Source: a virus (Duplodnaviria > Caudoviricetes). From it: a DNA stretch of 64,000 nucleotides. The stretch lies in IMG/VR virus record IMGVR_UViG_3300037780_000034, positions 253,723 through 317,722 of that record; one strand, written 5' to 3'. Shown in pieces: positions 30,864-41,768 of the stretch. Within the stretch, counting starts at the first letter, position 1. Every line of letters begins with the position of its first letter. The notes beneath the pieces were generated by a model. It was not told the origin of the DNA, made no database searches, and worked only from the letters and a program-made list of their open reading frames with translations. Both the position numbers and the translations under genes were made by a program.

Positions 30864-31352
30864 TTATCTACTATACTCAGAAAAAGTTTCAAGCCAACTT
30901 TCTTGTTCTGTTAATACTTTAGTTGTATCCAAAATAGTATTAATCTTTTCATTTATTTTTTTATTAAGTAAAACACTCTTAGCTCCACGGTGCAATGGTC
31001 TTGGATAATTTCCAATATTTACCCAAGCATAACCTCCACTTTCGCTGTTTAACTCTGGAATAAATTCTTCATATACTGTAAGAACATATGCATAATAAAT
31101 AAAGTTTTTGTCACGACTTACATACTTATGTATTGGATACACTTTTTGAATATTTGGTATGGTTCCTATTTCTTCATTAAGTTCTCGTAATAATGTTTGA
31201 AAAGGAGTTTCGGATTTTTCTTGCTTTCCTCCCCAAAAACTCCAAGTTCCGCCATAAGTAGAACTATCACTTCTTAATTGTAAACATAATCTTTTGGTAT
31301 CCAGAGAAAGAAACACACAACCACTTGCATTAATCATAAGTAAAGTCTCCAA
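30864..31352 (-). CDS. NUDIX hydrolase
   Basis: Nudix box GGKQEKSETPFQTLLRELNEEIG. Confidence 0.9.
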   Translation of the reverse strand: METLLMINASGCVFLSLDTKRLCLQLRSDSSTYGGTWSFWGGKQEKSETPFQTLLRELNEEIGTIPNIQKVYPIHKYVSRDKNFIYYAYVLTVYEEFIPELNSESGGYAWVNIGNYPRPLHRGAKSVLLNKKINEKINTILDTTKVLTEQESWLETFSEYSR

Positions 31353-32683
31353 TATCCTGCACTATATATTCCAGTATAACTTTTTGTCCAACCATTATTC
31401 CATTCATATTGGTCTTGTGTATTTTCATCATAAACTCTTTCTATTGTATTAGAAACAGATGCATCAAAAAATAATTCCCAATTTGTTCCGTTATATGAAA
31501 TAATATCATTTTCATCTGCATCAACTCCCCAAATACCATCTGCACCTATTTCTTGTGTAATCAAATATTTTTGACCAACTGCTGATGCAGCAAGATTTCC
31601 ATCATTTGGAAAAGTCTTTGTAGGATTTATTATTGCAGTTATTGTTCCTAACGTGTTGTCTGGTAAAGTATCTACATCAACATTAAAAATCAATTTTTGC
31701 GCATTTGTTTCATCCGTCGAAATTGTTCCAATTATATCTTCACTGTCATCTTCAATGTCATTTGTTCTACGCAAACGTATCTGGCTTACACCGTCACGCA
31801 ATACACTTCCATATTTTTTAATTACATCACTCCATACTATCGGGGTATTATCACTATTAACATTTGTTCCTGTTTCTGATAACAGTGTAACACGATCCGC
31901 CTCAAATTGCAACTTATAATTTTCAAGAGTTATTATAGTATATGCAGTAAATTGACTCGCAAAGTCTTCTTTATCTTTGAAGTATTGTATATTTTCACTA
32001 TCTACACCAGTTAGCTTGTTTATTACAGTATGTATAAGTGTTTCTTTTCTAACTTTAACAGGAGGATTAATATATATAGGAATCATAAAATTAAATGTAA
32101 AAACATCAATTACCTCATCAACCCCACTTGGTATACTTTTTCCACTAAAGTTTGTTCCAGTCATTTCCATATAAGTTAAAGCACTCCAATCAACAGGGTT
32201 GCTGTTTGTTTTTAAATTTATATGAGGATTATATAATACTGATATTTGTTCAAACAATTGAAATTTTTGTTCTAAGTTTGTTGTCCAAATGTCTACGTTA
32301 ATTGTCATATCATACGGAACTGGATTGTTTTTTATAACCTCATATCTTTGTCCAATTTCATCAGTATATTTTCCAGTAGTTTCATCAAACTTTTTTTCAG
32401 TTACGTATGTTCTATGTTCATACTGTTGATATGTTCTGCGATTGCTGGCCATAGATATATCAGTTACATAAACACTAATAAAAGGTGCAGACGACAAAAC
32501 ATTTTCACTGTTATTTTTTATTATATGTGCACTCATACGAGAAATATCACCATAATTAACCGGAACAGTTCTATATATAGGTTCGCCATCAGCAGAATCG
32601 CCAACCTTTACTTTAAAATCAGAAAATAATCTAATAACTTGTGCTATATATTTTCTTATTTGATTATCATAAAAATATTGCAT
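31334..32683 (-). CDS. gp15: Tail sheath stabiliser / completion protein (T4 gp15-like) with C-terminal extension
   Basis: YFYDNQIRKY..VPVNYGD..PVPYDM..IWT.N.EQKFQLFEQI..YNP. Confidence 0.75.
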   Translation of the reverse strand: MQYFYDNQIRKYIAQVIRLFSDFKVKVGDSADGEPIYRTVPVNYGDISRMSAHIIKNNSENVLSSAPFISVYVTDISMASNRRTYQQYEHRTYVTEKKFDETTGKYTDEIGQRYEVIKNNPVPYDMTINVDIWTTNLEQKFQLFEQISVLYNPHINLKTNSNPVDWSALTYMEMTGTNFSGKSIPSGVDEVIDVFTFNFMIPIYINPPVKVRKETLIHTVINKLTGVDSENIQYFKDKEDFASQFTAYTIITLENYKLQFEADRVTLLSETGTNVNSDNTPIVWSDVIKKYGSVLRDGVSQIRLRRTNDIEDDSEDIIGTISTDETNAQKLIFNVDVDTLPDNTLGTITAIINPTKTFPNDGNLAASAVGQKYLITQEIGADGIWGVDADENDIISYNGTNWELFFDASVSNTIERVYDENTQDQYEWNNGWTKSYTGIYSAGYWRLYL

Positions 32684-33762
32684 TATATATTACCTTTATC
32701 AATTTTAGGAGGAATAGGCGAAGATATTGGTTGTCTTTCGGCAAATACTCGTGTATTGGTAATCATGTTGGGTTCTTCATTATTAACAAATTTTCCAGAA
32801 TTGAAAGTTTTCTGTTCCCAAGTATCTCCTTCACCAGTTCTATCAAATATACGATGCCACTTTGTTCCACGTCTTACAAATAATCTATTTGGATTATAAT
32901 CTGTTCTAACAAAATAATCTCCTTGATTTGGACTACTTGGAAAAGCAGTTCCTGTTGGAATAGAGGGATCATATGTTACATCGGTTTCGGTTGAACCAAA
33001 TCCAAACAAATGTTCAGCTAAACTAGTTGTATAAGATTCTGCATTGTCTTTTGCAGCAGATACTATCTGGTTATTTGCATTTAGTATTTTGTTGTATATG
33101 GAAACAGATTCGTTTCTATCATCTTCTCCAGGTTCTTTTAATATTCCTGCAAATTCTTGACTGTCCAATATTGGTCCTATCTTTACTCTCCATATGTGCG
33201 GCCACCAAGTTTGAGAAAAACCTTCTCCACCACGATTGCCATCTTGAACTACATAATATTTAGGAATGGGAGATTCAGTTATTTCTAATCCCAAATACTC
33301 AGCTACGTGAGGTAATTCTAATACATCACCACTCATTAATTTTCTTCCCAATACTTCAACCATTTCATTAAGATGAAATGAAAGGTATAAAGTATCGTTA
33401 GATAATATTAATCCAAACTGACTTAAATCAAAATCATTATCAGTGACATTATATACACCACGCAATTCATATACATCGCTCTCATATTTTCTATCACGAT
33501 TTTCTAAAAATAATAAATCTTGTATTTTAGTTTCATTTACTAATCCTTCTGGATTTGTTAACTTTCCCGTAACAGGATCAGTTTCAGTTCCTTCTAAATA
33601 GTTTGGTTGTGATTTATCTTTTTTATCTACTGTTTGATATGGGCCTATATATTTGTGTATATATGCACTTGTTCCTCCAACAAAAAATTGTTCACGAATA
33701 GTTCTATCCATAAAATAATAATCTTTTGTTTTTTGTGGTTTCCACATAGTTAATTTTGGCAT
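32683..33762 (-). CDS. gp14: Neck / head-closure protein (T4 gp14-like)
   Basis: IQDLLFLENRDRKY..FDLSQFG..GDVLELPH; GATAAATA upstream on the minus strand (33784-33791). Confidence 0.7.
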   Translation of the reverse strand: MPKLTMWKPQKTKDYYFMDRTIREQFFVGGTSAYIHKYIGPYQTVDKKDKSQPNYLEGTETDPVTGKLTNPEGLVNETKIQDLLFLENRDRKYESDVYELRGVYNVTDNDFDLSQFGLILSNDTLYLSFHLNEMVEVLGRKLMSGDVLELPHVAEYLGLEITESPIPKYYVVQDGNRGGEGFSQTWWPHIWRVKIGPILDSQEFAGILKEPGEDDRNESVSIYNKILNANNQIVSAAKDNAESYTTSLAEHLFGFGSTETDVTYDPSIPTGTAFPSSPNQGDYFVRTDYNPNRLFVRRGTKWHRIFDRTGEGDTWEQKTFNSGKFVNNEEPNMITNTRVFAERQPISSPIPPKIDKGNI

Positions 33763-33793
33763 ACTGAAAACTCCTTATCTTTATATTTATCTG

Positions 33794-33822
33794 TTGACGT
33801 TATTGTAAATATGTGTTATGTT
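33794..33822 (+). promoter_or_regulatory. Sigma70 promoter for endonuclease 4
   Basis: TTGACG-17-TATGTT with extended TG, back-to-back with the gp14 late promoter. Confidence 0.65.
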
Positions 33823-33842
33823 CATAGAAATAAGGTTTTAAA

Positions 33843-35234
33843 ATGACTCGGGAACAATTAAAAATATTATTACAAAACGATTATATTTCTAAAACTGGTA
33901 AAGCTAAGTTAAGAAAAATGCCAGAAGATATAAAAGATATTATTATAAAAGAAACAAGCTTTTATAAATATCAAGAATATCAACACCTTGGATTAAGATG
34001 TTATTTTATAATAAATGATATATACGAAGTAAAAAAATGTCCAGAATGTAATACAGAAATACATCCAATAAGTTTACAAAAATATAAAACTCAAAATTTT
34101 TGTAGTTTATCTTGTTCTACAAAAAACAAAGATGTATTGGAAAAATCCAAACAAACTAACTTAGAAAAATATGGAGTTGAATATGTAACACAACATCCAG
34201 AAACAATAAAAAAACAACAAGCTACTAACTTAGAAAAATATGGCGTTCAAAGTGTATTACAACATAAAGATATAATAAAGAAAAAAATTACCACCACTAT
34301 TAGCAGACACGGAATTGTAAGTTGCTTTCAAGATAATGAAATACAAGATAAGATAAAAAAAGAAAAACAATCGCCATCTTATCTTGAACACGAAATGCAA
34401 GAATTTCTTGATGAAAATAATATTTCATATGAAACAAATAACAGAACTATACTCAACGGACGTGAGTTGGATTTTTATATTCCCGATTATGCTATGGCTA
34501 TAGAAATGAATGGCGTGTATTGGCATAGCGACAAATTTAAATGTGATAAGTATTATCATTATAATAAATGGAAAATATGCAATGAACAAGGAATTCATCT
34601 TATAAGTATTTTTGAAGATGATTGGAATTTTCAAAATATAAAAATAAAAAATATGTTGTTAAACTTTTTTGGTAAAAAACCCAAAGGAATACCTGCAAGA
34701 AAAACTATAATCAATAAGATAGATGGAAAAATAGCAAGACACTTTTTAGATCAATATCATTTACAAGGATACGTAAGTGGAACACATTATGGAGCATTTG
34801 ACAATACTGATAATCTTATTGGTGTTATGACATTTGGAACTACTCGTAATGGCAGATTTGAACTAAAAAGATTTGTAACCGACAATTATATACATTCTGG
34901 ATTGTTTTCAAAGATGTTTAATTATGCACAAAGCGATATACAATTTAATGAAGTATTAAGCTTCAGTGATAACACTTGTTTTACTGGCAATATTTATAAA
35001 ACAAATAAATTTACGCTTGTAAAAGTTATCCCACCAGACTATCGTTACTTATTCAATAATAAAAGAACACATAAAAGTAACTTTAAAAAATCTAATATCA
35101 AAGTCAAGTTTCCAGAATTATGCGAAAGTATTGATAATGGAATGACCGAAACACAAGCAATGGAATTACTTGGAATACCAAAAATATATGATTGTGGCAA
35201 GTGTGAATGGATTTGGATTAATACAGATAAATAA
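33843..35234 (+). CDS. Hef-like endonuclease 4 (same subfamily as 1 and 2)
   Basis: CPEC..CSLSC Zn motif, KQTNLEKYG repeats, ELDFYIPDYAMAIEMNGVYWH core nearly identical to copies 1 and 2. Confidence 0.75.
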   Translation: MTREQLKILLQNDYISKTGKAKLRKMPEDIKDIIIKETSFYKYQEYQHLGLRCYFIINDIYEVKKCPECNTEIHPISLQKYKTQNFCSLSCSTKNKDVLEKSKQTNLEKYGVEYVTQHPETIKKQQATNLEKYGVQSVLQHKDIIKKKITTTISRHGIVSCFQDNEIQDKIKKEKQSPSYLEHEMQEFLDENNISYETNNRTILNGRELDFYIPDYAMAIEMNGVYWHSDKFKCDKYYHYNKWKICNEQGIHLISIFEDDWNFQNIKIKNMLLNFFGKKPKGIPARKTIINKIDGKIARHFLDQYHLQGYVSGTHYGAFDNTDNLIGVMTFGTTRNGRFELKRFVTDNYIHSGLFSKMFNYAQSDIQFNEVLSFSDNTCFTGNIYKTNKFTLVKVIPPDYRYLFNNKRTHKSNFKKSNIKVKFPELCESIDNGMTETQAMELLGIPKIYDCGKCEWIWINTDK

Positions 35235-35255
35235 TGTTATATTAGGAGTAACAAT

Positions 35256-35996
35256 ATGAACATAACCCGTGATACTATTATTAAAGAAATAGAACAAATG
35301 CTCGGTGGGTCTATGATTGATGTAGAATTAGACCCAGATGATTACCATCTTGCAATTACAAAATCATTAGAAAGATATAGACAACGTAGCGATAATGCTG
35401 TGCAAGAAAGCTTTATGCCATTGTTACTTGAAACTGAAAAAACAGATTATACCCTACCTGATGAAGTAATTGAAGTAAAACAAATATATCGTAGAAGTGT
35501 TGGAGTAGGAACTTCATCATCAAATAATTTCGAACCCTTTGAGGCGCAATTCTTAAATAACTATCTATTACATAGTGGTCGTGCAGGTGGTCTGGCAGTT
35601 TATGATGCATTGGCACAACATCGTGAGTTATTGGGTAGAATGTTTGGTGCTGATTTAAATTTTACATTTAATCGTGTCACAAAAAATCTTTTTATACATC
35701 GTAAAATGCGTGCAGAAGATGAAGTCATAGTTCACATATTCAACTATAAACCTGAAGAACAATTGTTCAATGATGTATATGCTGGTCCTTGGTTAAAAGA
35801 TTATTCACTAAGTATGAGTAAATTAATGTTAGCAGAAGCACGTGGTAAGTATAATACTATTGCTGGACCACAAGGCGGAACTACATTAAACGCTGATTCT
35901 TTAAGAACTACTGCAACAGAAGAACTTACCAGATTAGAAAATGAACTTAAAATGTTTGTTGCTGGTGGTGGCGGATATGGATTCATTATAGGTTGA
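35256..35996 (+). CDS. gp13: Neck protein (T4 gp13-like)
   Basis: LGGSMIDVELDPDD..ERYRQ..WLKDY..EARGKY..GPQGGTTLN; GATAAATA at 35226-35233 upstream. Confidence 0.8.
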   Translation: MNITRDTIIKEIEQMLGGSMIDVELDPDDYHLAITKSLERYRQRSDNAVQESFMPLLLETEKTDYTLPDEVIEVKQIYRRSVGVGTSSSNNFEPFEAQFLNNYLLHSGRAGGLAVYDALAQHRELLGRMFGADLNFTFNRVTKNLFIHRKMRAEDEVIVHIFNYKPEEQLFNDVYAGPWLKDYSLSMSKLMLAEARGKYNTIAGPQGGTTLNADSLRTTATEELTRLENELKMFVAGGGGYGFIIG

Positions 35997-36021
35997 CATT
36001 ATACCAAAATCATACTATACT
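35993..36021 (+). promoter_or_regulatory. Sigma70 promoter overlapping the gp13 stop codon
   Basis: TTGACA-17-TATACT. Confidence 0.75.
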
Positions 36022-36050
36022 GCTTGGGTAACACTTTTGTGGAGTTTTTT

Positions 36051-36377
36051 ATGAATTTTAGATATATTACACTTTTTGATTCTCTTGGATTTGAATCTAT
36101 TATAGATATTACGTGTGATGAAATGCATCGTATGGAATCACTTATGCACGATGAAATTGATCCTCAAATCGCTATTACCAGTCTTGTAAACAAGATGGTT
36201 TTACGTGCAAGATTAAATAATCAAAGATTTCCAGAAGTATGGATTTTTTGGAGTGATTTATCAGAAGAAACCCTAATGCAAGCTGCAAATGATAATCCAC
36301 AAATGATGGCAAACTTAATACGAAAAAACGGTCATAAAGTATTTGATACACCTAAAGAAAAAAGTGTTATTGAATGA
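36051..36377 (+). CDS. Hypothetical phage protein
   Basis: ATG at 36051 after GGAG (ORF track starts at 36024); overlaps the next gene via ATGA. Confidence 0.7.
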   Translation: MNFRYITLFDSLGFESIIDITCDEMHRMESLMHDEIDPQIAITSLVNKMVLRARLNNQRFPEVWIFWSDLSEETLMQAANDNPQMMANLIRKNGHKVFDTPKEKSVIE

Positions 36378-37885
36378 GTATAATATGTAAAATATGTAAT
36401 AAAGAATTTTCTTCACAGATAACAAATAGTCATTTAAAAAAACACAATATGACTACAACTGATTATAAAAAAATTTATGGCGATGATAGTTTATCTTGTA
36501 AAGAATACAAAGAAAAATTATCTAAAGAAAGAATTGGTAAAAATAACCCAAACTTTAATAATAAATGGTCAGATGAATCAAAAGCTAAATTAAGCGAAAA
36601 ATTAAAAGGCAGGGTTCCACCTAATAAAGGAATTCCTATGTCAGAAGAACAAAAAGACAAACTACGAATCTTAGCAAAAGAAAGACCTCCCACAACCAAA
36701 GGAATTTCAAAAACAGATGAACAAAAGAAAAAGATTTCAGATGGTGTAAAGCTTTATGCAAAAAACAACAAAGAAATATTAAAAGAAAGAGCAAAAAAGT
36801 CTGTTCAAACACGAATAGATAATGGCTATTTTAAATTACTTAAAAAAACCACAATAGAAAAAAATATAAAAAAATATAATGATTTTGGATATATCGCAAC
36901 ATTTGACGAAGAAAACAATTTTTATTTATTGAATTGTAATAAATGCAATAATACCTTTACTAGAATTTCTATGACATATATTCACGAACAAATGTGCAAT
37001 GTTTGTTATCCTATAAAAAAAGTAAGCAAAGGTGAGTTAGAAGTATATGAATATATAAAAAGTATATATAACAAAACAATAATAACAAGTGATAAAAGTG
37101 TATTAAGTAACGGTTTTGAAATTGATATATTATTGCCTGAAGATAATATAGGAATTGAATATTGCGGATTATATTGGCATAGTGAATTGAATGGAAAATC
37201 AAGATGGTATCATAGAACAAAATATGACAAATGTAAACAACAAAATATAAGATTAATACAAATTTTTGAAGATGAGTGGTTACATAAAAAAGAAATAGTT
37301 AAACAAAGATTAAATTCAATTTTACAATATAATAAACCTATATACGCAAGAAAATGTGAAATAAAAGAAATAAATTCTTCTGAAGCAAACACATTTTTAC
37401 AAAATACACATATACAAGGAAAAGGTTATGGTTCAATAAACATAGGACTATTCTTTAATAAAGAACTTGTATCTGTTATGAAGTTTTCAAAACTTTCAAG
37501 GGCAAAAGGATATAAAGATATACCAGAAAATATATACGAACTTAATAGATTTTCTTCAAATACCAATATTGTTGGCGGAGCTTCTAAAATGTTTGTATAT
37601 TTTATAAAAAAATATAATCCTATTAAACTAATATCATATAGCGATCTACGTTGGAATATAGGCAATGTTTATAAAATTTTAGGTATGACAGAAGTAGGTG
37701 TTACTATTCCAAATTATTGGTATTTTAAAAAAGATATAAGATATCATAGATATATGTTTAGAAAAAAAGAAAATGAACCAAAAGACATCACTGAATGGGA
37801 ACTGCGAAAATCAGAAGGATGGAATAGAATTTGGGATTGTGGTCATAAAAAATACGAATGGACAAATAAAAAAGGGCAAGATTAA
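36374..37885 (+). CDS. Hef-like endonuclease 5 with C2H2 finger and NUMOD3-like repeats
   Basis: CKIC..SHLKKH; SDESKAKLS / SEEQKDKLR / TDEQKKKIS repeats; EIDILLP..GIEYCGLYWHS..IFEDEW; IYARKC..HIQG..ELNRFS..IWDCG. Confidence 0.75.
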   Translation: MSIICKICNKEFSSQITNSHLKKHNMTTTDYKKIYGDDSLSCKEYKEKLSKERIGKNNPNFNNKWSDESKAKLSEKLKGRVPPNKGIPMSEEQKDKLRILAKERPPTTKGISKTDEQKKKISDGVKLYAKNNKEILKERAKKSVQTRIDNGYFKLLKKTTIEKNIKKYNDFGYIATFDEENNFYLLNCNKCNNTFTRISMTYIHEQMCNVCYPIKKVSKGELEVYEYIKSIYNKTIITSDKSVLSNGFEIDILLPEDNIGIEYCGLYWHSELNGKSRWYHRTKYDKCKQQNIRLIQIFEDEWLHKKEIVKQRLNSILQYNKPIYARKCEIKEINSSEANTFLQNTHIQGKGYGSINIGLFFNKELVSVMKFSKLSRAKGYKDIPENIYELNRFSSNTNIVGGASKMFVYFIKKYNPIKLISYSDLRWNIGNVYKILGMTEVGVTIPNYWYFKKDIRYHRYMFRKKENEPKDITEWELRKSEGWNRIWDCGHKKYEWTNKKGQD

Positions 37886-37898
37886 TCTTGCCCTTTTT
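37869..37898. terminator. Bidirectional terminator between convergent endonuclease 5 and sheath genes
   Basis: Perfect 30-bp palindrome AAAAAGGGCAAGATTAATCTTGCCCTTTTT. Confidence 0.85.
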
Positions 37899-37914
37899 GC
37901 TATTATAAAATATA

Positions 37915-40383
37915 TTATATTTCGCCAGTATTTACCAAGCGAATTGGAATATATATAAACTCTATAGACTTCGTAGGCACTATCGCAACATCAATCCATA
38001 ATTCATTACGATCAATACGAACTGAAGAATTATTGCTAGAGTCACATTGCACTATAAAGTCTGATATCCCACGTTTGGACAATATATCAAACAAGAAGTT
38101 TTCATATGTTGCCTTGGCACGGTCACGAGTTGCTTTTGTATTTGGTTCAAACAAGAATGGTCTACCAATAACTTCAAATCTTTCACGAATATATGCAACA
38201 AGTCTTGCTACATTGACACGATCAAGTGCGGAAGATTGGTTATAAAGTGATTTGTTTCCAAATATAACAATACCTTCACCAGCAAAGTTTGCGATTGGGT
38301 TTATCTTTGCAGTATATAGATTATCACGCTGACCTTTACTTAATGATATTGCTCTGAATTCACCAGATGCAGAATCTATATATCCAACACCTGAAGCATT
38401 AGTTACAACACCGCGTGTTAACCCTGCAGGAGCAAACCAAGGGAATGCAACATTATCATTATATGCATACTGATAAAGAACACCGTATGAAGCAGGAACA
38501 GTTGTTGTAAATCCATCTGGTGTGGTTGCACGAAGGCTTGGATAGTATATGGCAGAATATGGATTTCCTATAGAAACCAATCCTTCTTCGCCATCTTCTG
38601 GTGCATTGGTGTTATTAATCCAGCTAACTACTTGTGTTGGATTTTTTCTCATTGGAGCATCAATTATAACAAATCCAGTTTCACCACGTGCTTGATTTAG
38701 TTCAATCAATTCACTAGTTAATTCTGGGAAGTTTGGTGCGGCCAATAGTGTAAAGTTATAAATGTCTTCACGTAGAATATCATTTCCAACAATAGCAGCT
38801 TGCATTCTTTGTGCAATTGCATTGTGTTGTGCTAAACGACCGAATGCGCCTTTACCGTCAGAACTATTTGCTACTGCATTAACCCAAGCATTTATAGTCA
38901 CAGTGTTTTCACTATCAAGTGGATCAACAATTTCTACTTCACTATAAACTTTTACAGTGTTTGAACTTTTTGCCATATTAACTGCAAGCATACCTGTTGG
39001 GTATATTACTGGATTTATTGATGGAGTTGGTTGGTTAGCATAATCGGTTACATCACTTGTTCCTGTTTCAATTGAAATATCAGCGAATAGCACGCCATAT
39101 TCACTTGATTGATCAGTATTTTCGTGCAATTCCCAAGAAGATGTTGTATCATTAAATTTATACAATACTGGGTATTCAACTTCGTTTGTATCAATCCAAA
39201 CGTCATCTTGCTGTAATGATGTTCCATCTGCACGGGTTGATGGTGCAACAGAAGAATAAATCTTTTGTGCACTTGTTAGTTGTGTCCAAGTTGAACCACT
39301 ATTAATATAAATGTCTAGTGCATCAACGGCAGAATTAAACCACAATGTTCCTATGCTTGGTTCACCAGTTGGTTCATTATTTTGAACTAACAATACATCA
39401 GCAGTTGTAAATGAATTAAAAGTAGTAGTTCCATTTACTACTGACACTAATTTTATTTCAACAGTATCTGTAGTTGTGTTTGCTTCAATAACTGCTTGGC
39501 CATTAACAAAAACAGGTTGAACTGTAGAAGAACCGTCTTGTGGAATATAAGAAGAATCTGAACTCAATTTTGTTCCAGCAATAGCGACATCTTGGAACAC
39601 GCTGCTTATATCTGCTCTCAATAATGGTATAGAAATTCCATTACTTGGAGTAGTAGTTTTAACCCATACGTCGCCGTCGCTTGGTGAAGTTGGAACGCTA
39701 TAATGTGGTGCAAATGTTAAAGTGGTTGTCAACTTTGTCCAAGCCAATGATCCACCATTTGTTCCTATGTAATAATCAAATGTAACAGAACCATTTGTAT
39801 TTTTACGGATCAATACTGCATATTCATCTTCTACTGGTGTTGCAGTTGGTGCAGTAACTAATGCACTTTCAGTGAATTCAACAACAGAAGGAACTTTATA
39901 ATTCCATCTTGCGGTTGCAGAACTATATTCGTGTATTCCCCATTTTGCAGCATCTACATCAATCCAATATGTAAATGGTGCGATTGGTCCAGTCGGTGCA
40001 ACTGCACGTGGTTCTAATTGTGCTAGGTCAATATCTGCACGAAGTGCAAATACACGAGAACCTTGTCCTAAGTATGAATATGCTGATAAAAGTCCATATT
40101 CGTTTGTTTCGTCTCCGTTAACTACACCGCCACCACTTATACGAAAGCTTGCATTTCCAAAATATTGTGTTAATTCACGTTGTGAAGTTATACTTATAAT
40201 TTGATTAGCAAATTGCTTTTTTGTATATAATGCAATACCATCGGTAAATGTTGCAGTTGGGTCAACTTTATTTTCTCTTGTTGCAAAAACAATAAGAGGG
40301 ATAGTGCCTGTTCCTGGTGATGCGTATTGGCTTTCGTCAACAACGGATACGCTAACACCTGGTGATACTAATGTCTCTGCCAT
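37915..40383 (-). CDS. gp18: Tail sheath protein (T4 gp18-like) with large insertion domains
   Basis: LVSPGVSVSVVDES..; PWFAPAGLTRG..RDNLY..INPI..FGNK..ALDRVNVARL..FLFEPN..DRNELWIDVAIVP.KSIEFIYIP. Confidence 0.95.
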   Translation of the reverse strand: MAETLVSPGVSVSVVDESQYASPGTGTIPLIVFATRENKVDPTATFTDGIALYTKKQFANQIISITSQRELTQYFGNASFRISGGGVVNGDETNEYGLLSAYSYLGQGSRVFALRADIDLAQLEPRAVAPTGPIAPFTYWIDVDAAKWGIHEYSSATARWNYKVPSVVEFTESALVTAPTATPVEDEYAVLIRKNTNGSVTFDYYIGTNGGSLAWTKLTTTLTFAPHYSVPTSPSDGDVWVKTTTPSNGISIPLLRADISSVFQDVAIAGTKLSSDSSYIPQDGSSTVQPVFVNGQAVIEANTTTDTVEIKLVSVVNGTTTFNSFTTADVLLVQNNEPTGEPSIGTLWFNSAVDALDIYINSGSTWTQLTSAQKIYSSVAPSTRADGTSLQQDDVWIDTNEVEYPVLYKFNDTTSSWELHENTDQSSEYGVLFADISIETGTSDVTDYANQPTPSINPVIYPTGMLAVNMAKSSNTVKVYSEVEIVDPLDSENTVTINAWVNAVANSSDGKGAFGRLAQHNAIAQRMQAAIVGNDILREDIYNFTLLAAPNFPELTSELIELNQARGETGFVIIDAPMRKNPTQVVSWINNTNAPEDGEEGLVSIGNPYSAIYYPSLRATTPDGFTTTVPASYGVLYQYAYNDNVAFPWFAPAGLTRGVVTNASGVGYIDSASGEFRAISLSKGQRDNLYTAKINPIANFAGEGIVIFGNKSLYNQSSALDRVNVARLVAYIRERFEVIGRPFLFEPNTKATRDRAKATYENFLFDILSKRGISDFIVQCDSSNNSSVRIDRNELWIDVAIVPTKSIEFIYIPIRLVNTGEI

Positions 40384-40472
40384 AGTCTATACTCCTTTGA
40401 AACTATATCTTAGAAGTATTTAGCGAAAACATTAAAAAAACCTACATTTAATAGGTTTTCTATATAATTAAT

Positions 40473-41768
40473 TTATGCTATTTTATAATGTTTGCTATTG
40501 ATTGGACAATTTGTTAATCCATTATCTATGATAAAAAAGTGCCATTTATTAAAGTAATCATCATTATAAGATGTTATACTGCTATAATATCCATCAGTTA
40601 ACACAAAAACAGCATCATAATTATTTTTTATTTTATAATTTCTATAATCTTGTAATACTGAATGAATATTAGTTCCGTATCCTGCGCCATTATATATCAC
40701 TTTTTTATTTTGTATGGTGCACTGTGTGACGCGATCTGCAAACACATAAATATCTTTTTCATATTTGCTATCAGATAAATTGTCTATCATTGATATAAAT
40801 TTTCTACTAACATATTCACACGATCCAGATACATCACAATATGCTAATATTTTATGTTTTACATTTTTGTGAATTTCTTTTCTTATGGGTAAAGTAAGTT
40901 TGTTTTTTGATATAGACAAATTTCTACGGTTTGCACCATACCATTGTGTTTTTATAATTGGAGGTTCTTTATAAAATGAAGTAGCTACAGCAAGATCAAA
41001 ATATTTTTCCAAAGAGTGATCTGGTTTTTCATAGTGAAGTGTTATCTCATTGCTATTAACATTTTTATTAAGACTATATCCTTTTCCTTGTTGTTTTATG
41101 ATATTATCGTTTTCTAAGCTTTCTTCTTTTTCTTCTTCACTATCTATTAATTGATCAATCATACCTTCTATTTCTTCCAGAAGTTCTGGATCAACATTGT
41201 TAAAATCGTGTGAATCAATAGAAGCTAATTGTAACTCTTTTAAGCTTTCTTCTCCAAACTTTTCTAAATATTTTTGATAGTAATATTGAAAATTCTTTGC
41301 TTTCTCTATGTCTTCTGAACAATCTTTAAACACGGTATCTATAAAACAAGCAATGTCCATAATCTTTGGCATTGTAGAAGGAGGTATATCAGAAAGATAT
41401 TGAGATAGTATTAGTTCATTAATACAGATATCCATTGAAACATTTAGTAATTGTGGTGACTGTATTTCTTTTGGAATTATTTCAAAAAACTCTTTTCCAC
41501 GTTTTCCGTGAGAAAATAATACGTGCAATACTTCGTGAACAAAAACAAATATCTTTTCATTATAATTTAAGCTGTCCCAAAAATCAGGATTGAATAAAAA
41601 TTTAACACAAGGTATATCATCGTCTTTGCGATCAAACGCAACTGCAGCAGTTGGTATTTCGCTACTGAATTCTGGAATCATCATATCTTGTGTGAATGTA
41701 AAAAAGATAGAGTTGACCTTTAAAAGAAAAGGGGTCAACTCACCTATTATTTCCAAACCATTTCTCAT
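40473..41768 (-). CDS. HExxH putative metallopeptidase + vWA domain protein (DUF2201-like)
   Basis: FVFVHEVLHVL; MIDAS-like DVSGSC; VLTDG. Confidence 0.8.
   Translation of the reverse strand: MRNGLEIIGELTPFLLKVNSIFFTFTQDMMIPEFSSEIPTAAVAFDRKDDDIPCVKFLFNPDFWDSLNYNEKIFVFVHEVLHVLFSHGKRGKEFFEIIPKEIQSPQLLNVSMDICINELILSQYLSDIPPSTMPKIMDIACFIDTVFKDCSEDIEKAKNFQYYYQKYLEKFGEESLKELQLASIDSHDFNNVDPELLEEIEGMIDQLIDSEEEKEESLENDNIIKQQGKGYSLNKNVNSNEITLHYEKPDHSLEKYFDLAVATSFYKEPPIIKTQWYGANRRNLSISKNKLTLPIRKEIHKNVKHKILAYCDVSGSCEYVSRKFISMIDNLSDSKYEKDIYVFADRVTQCTIQNKKVIYNGAGYGTNIHSVLQDYRNYKIKNNYDAVFVLTDGYYSSITSYNDDYFNKWHFFIIDNGLTNCPINSKHYKIA

Noticed and set aside
2201-40383. Inteins or introns in portal, MCP or sheath genes
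   Set aside because: The ORFs are continuous, with no C/S..HN intein junction or LAGLIDADG block; the endonucleases are free-standing.
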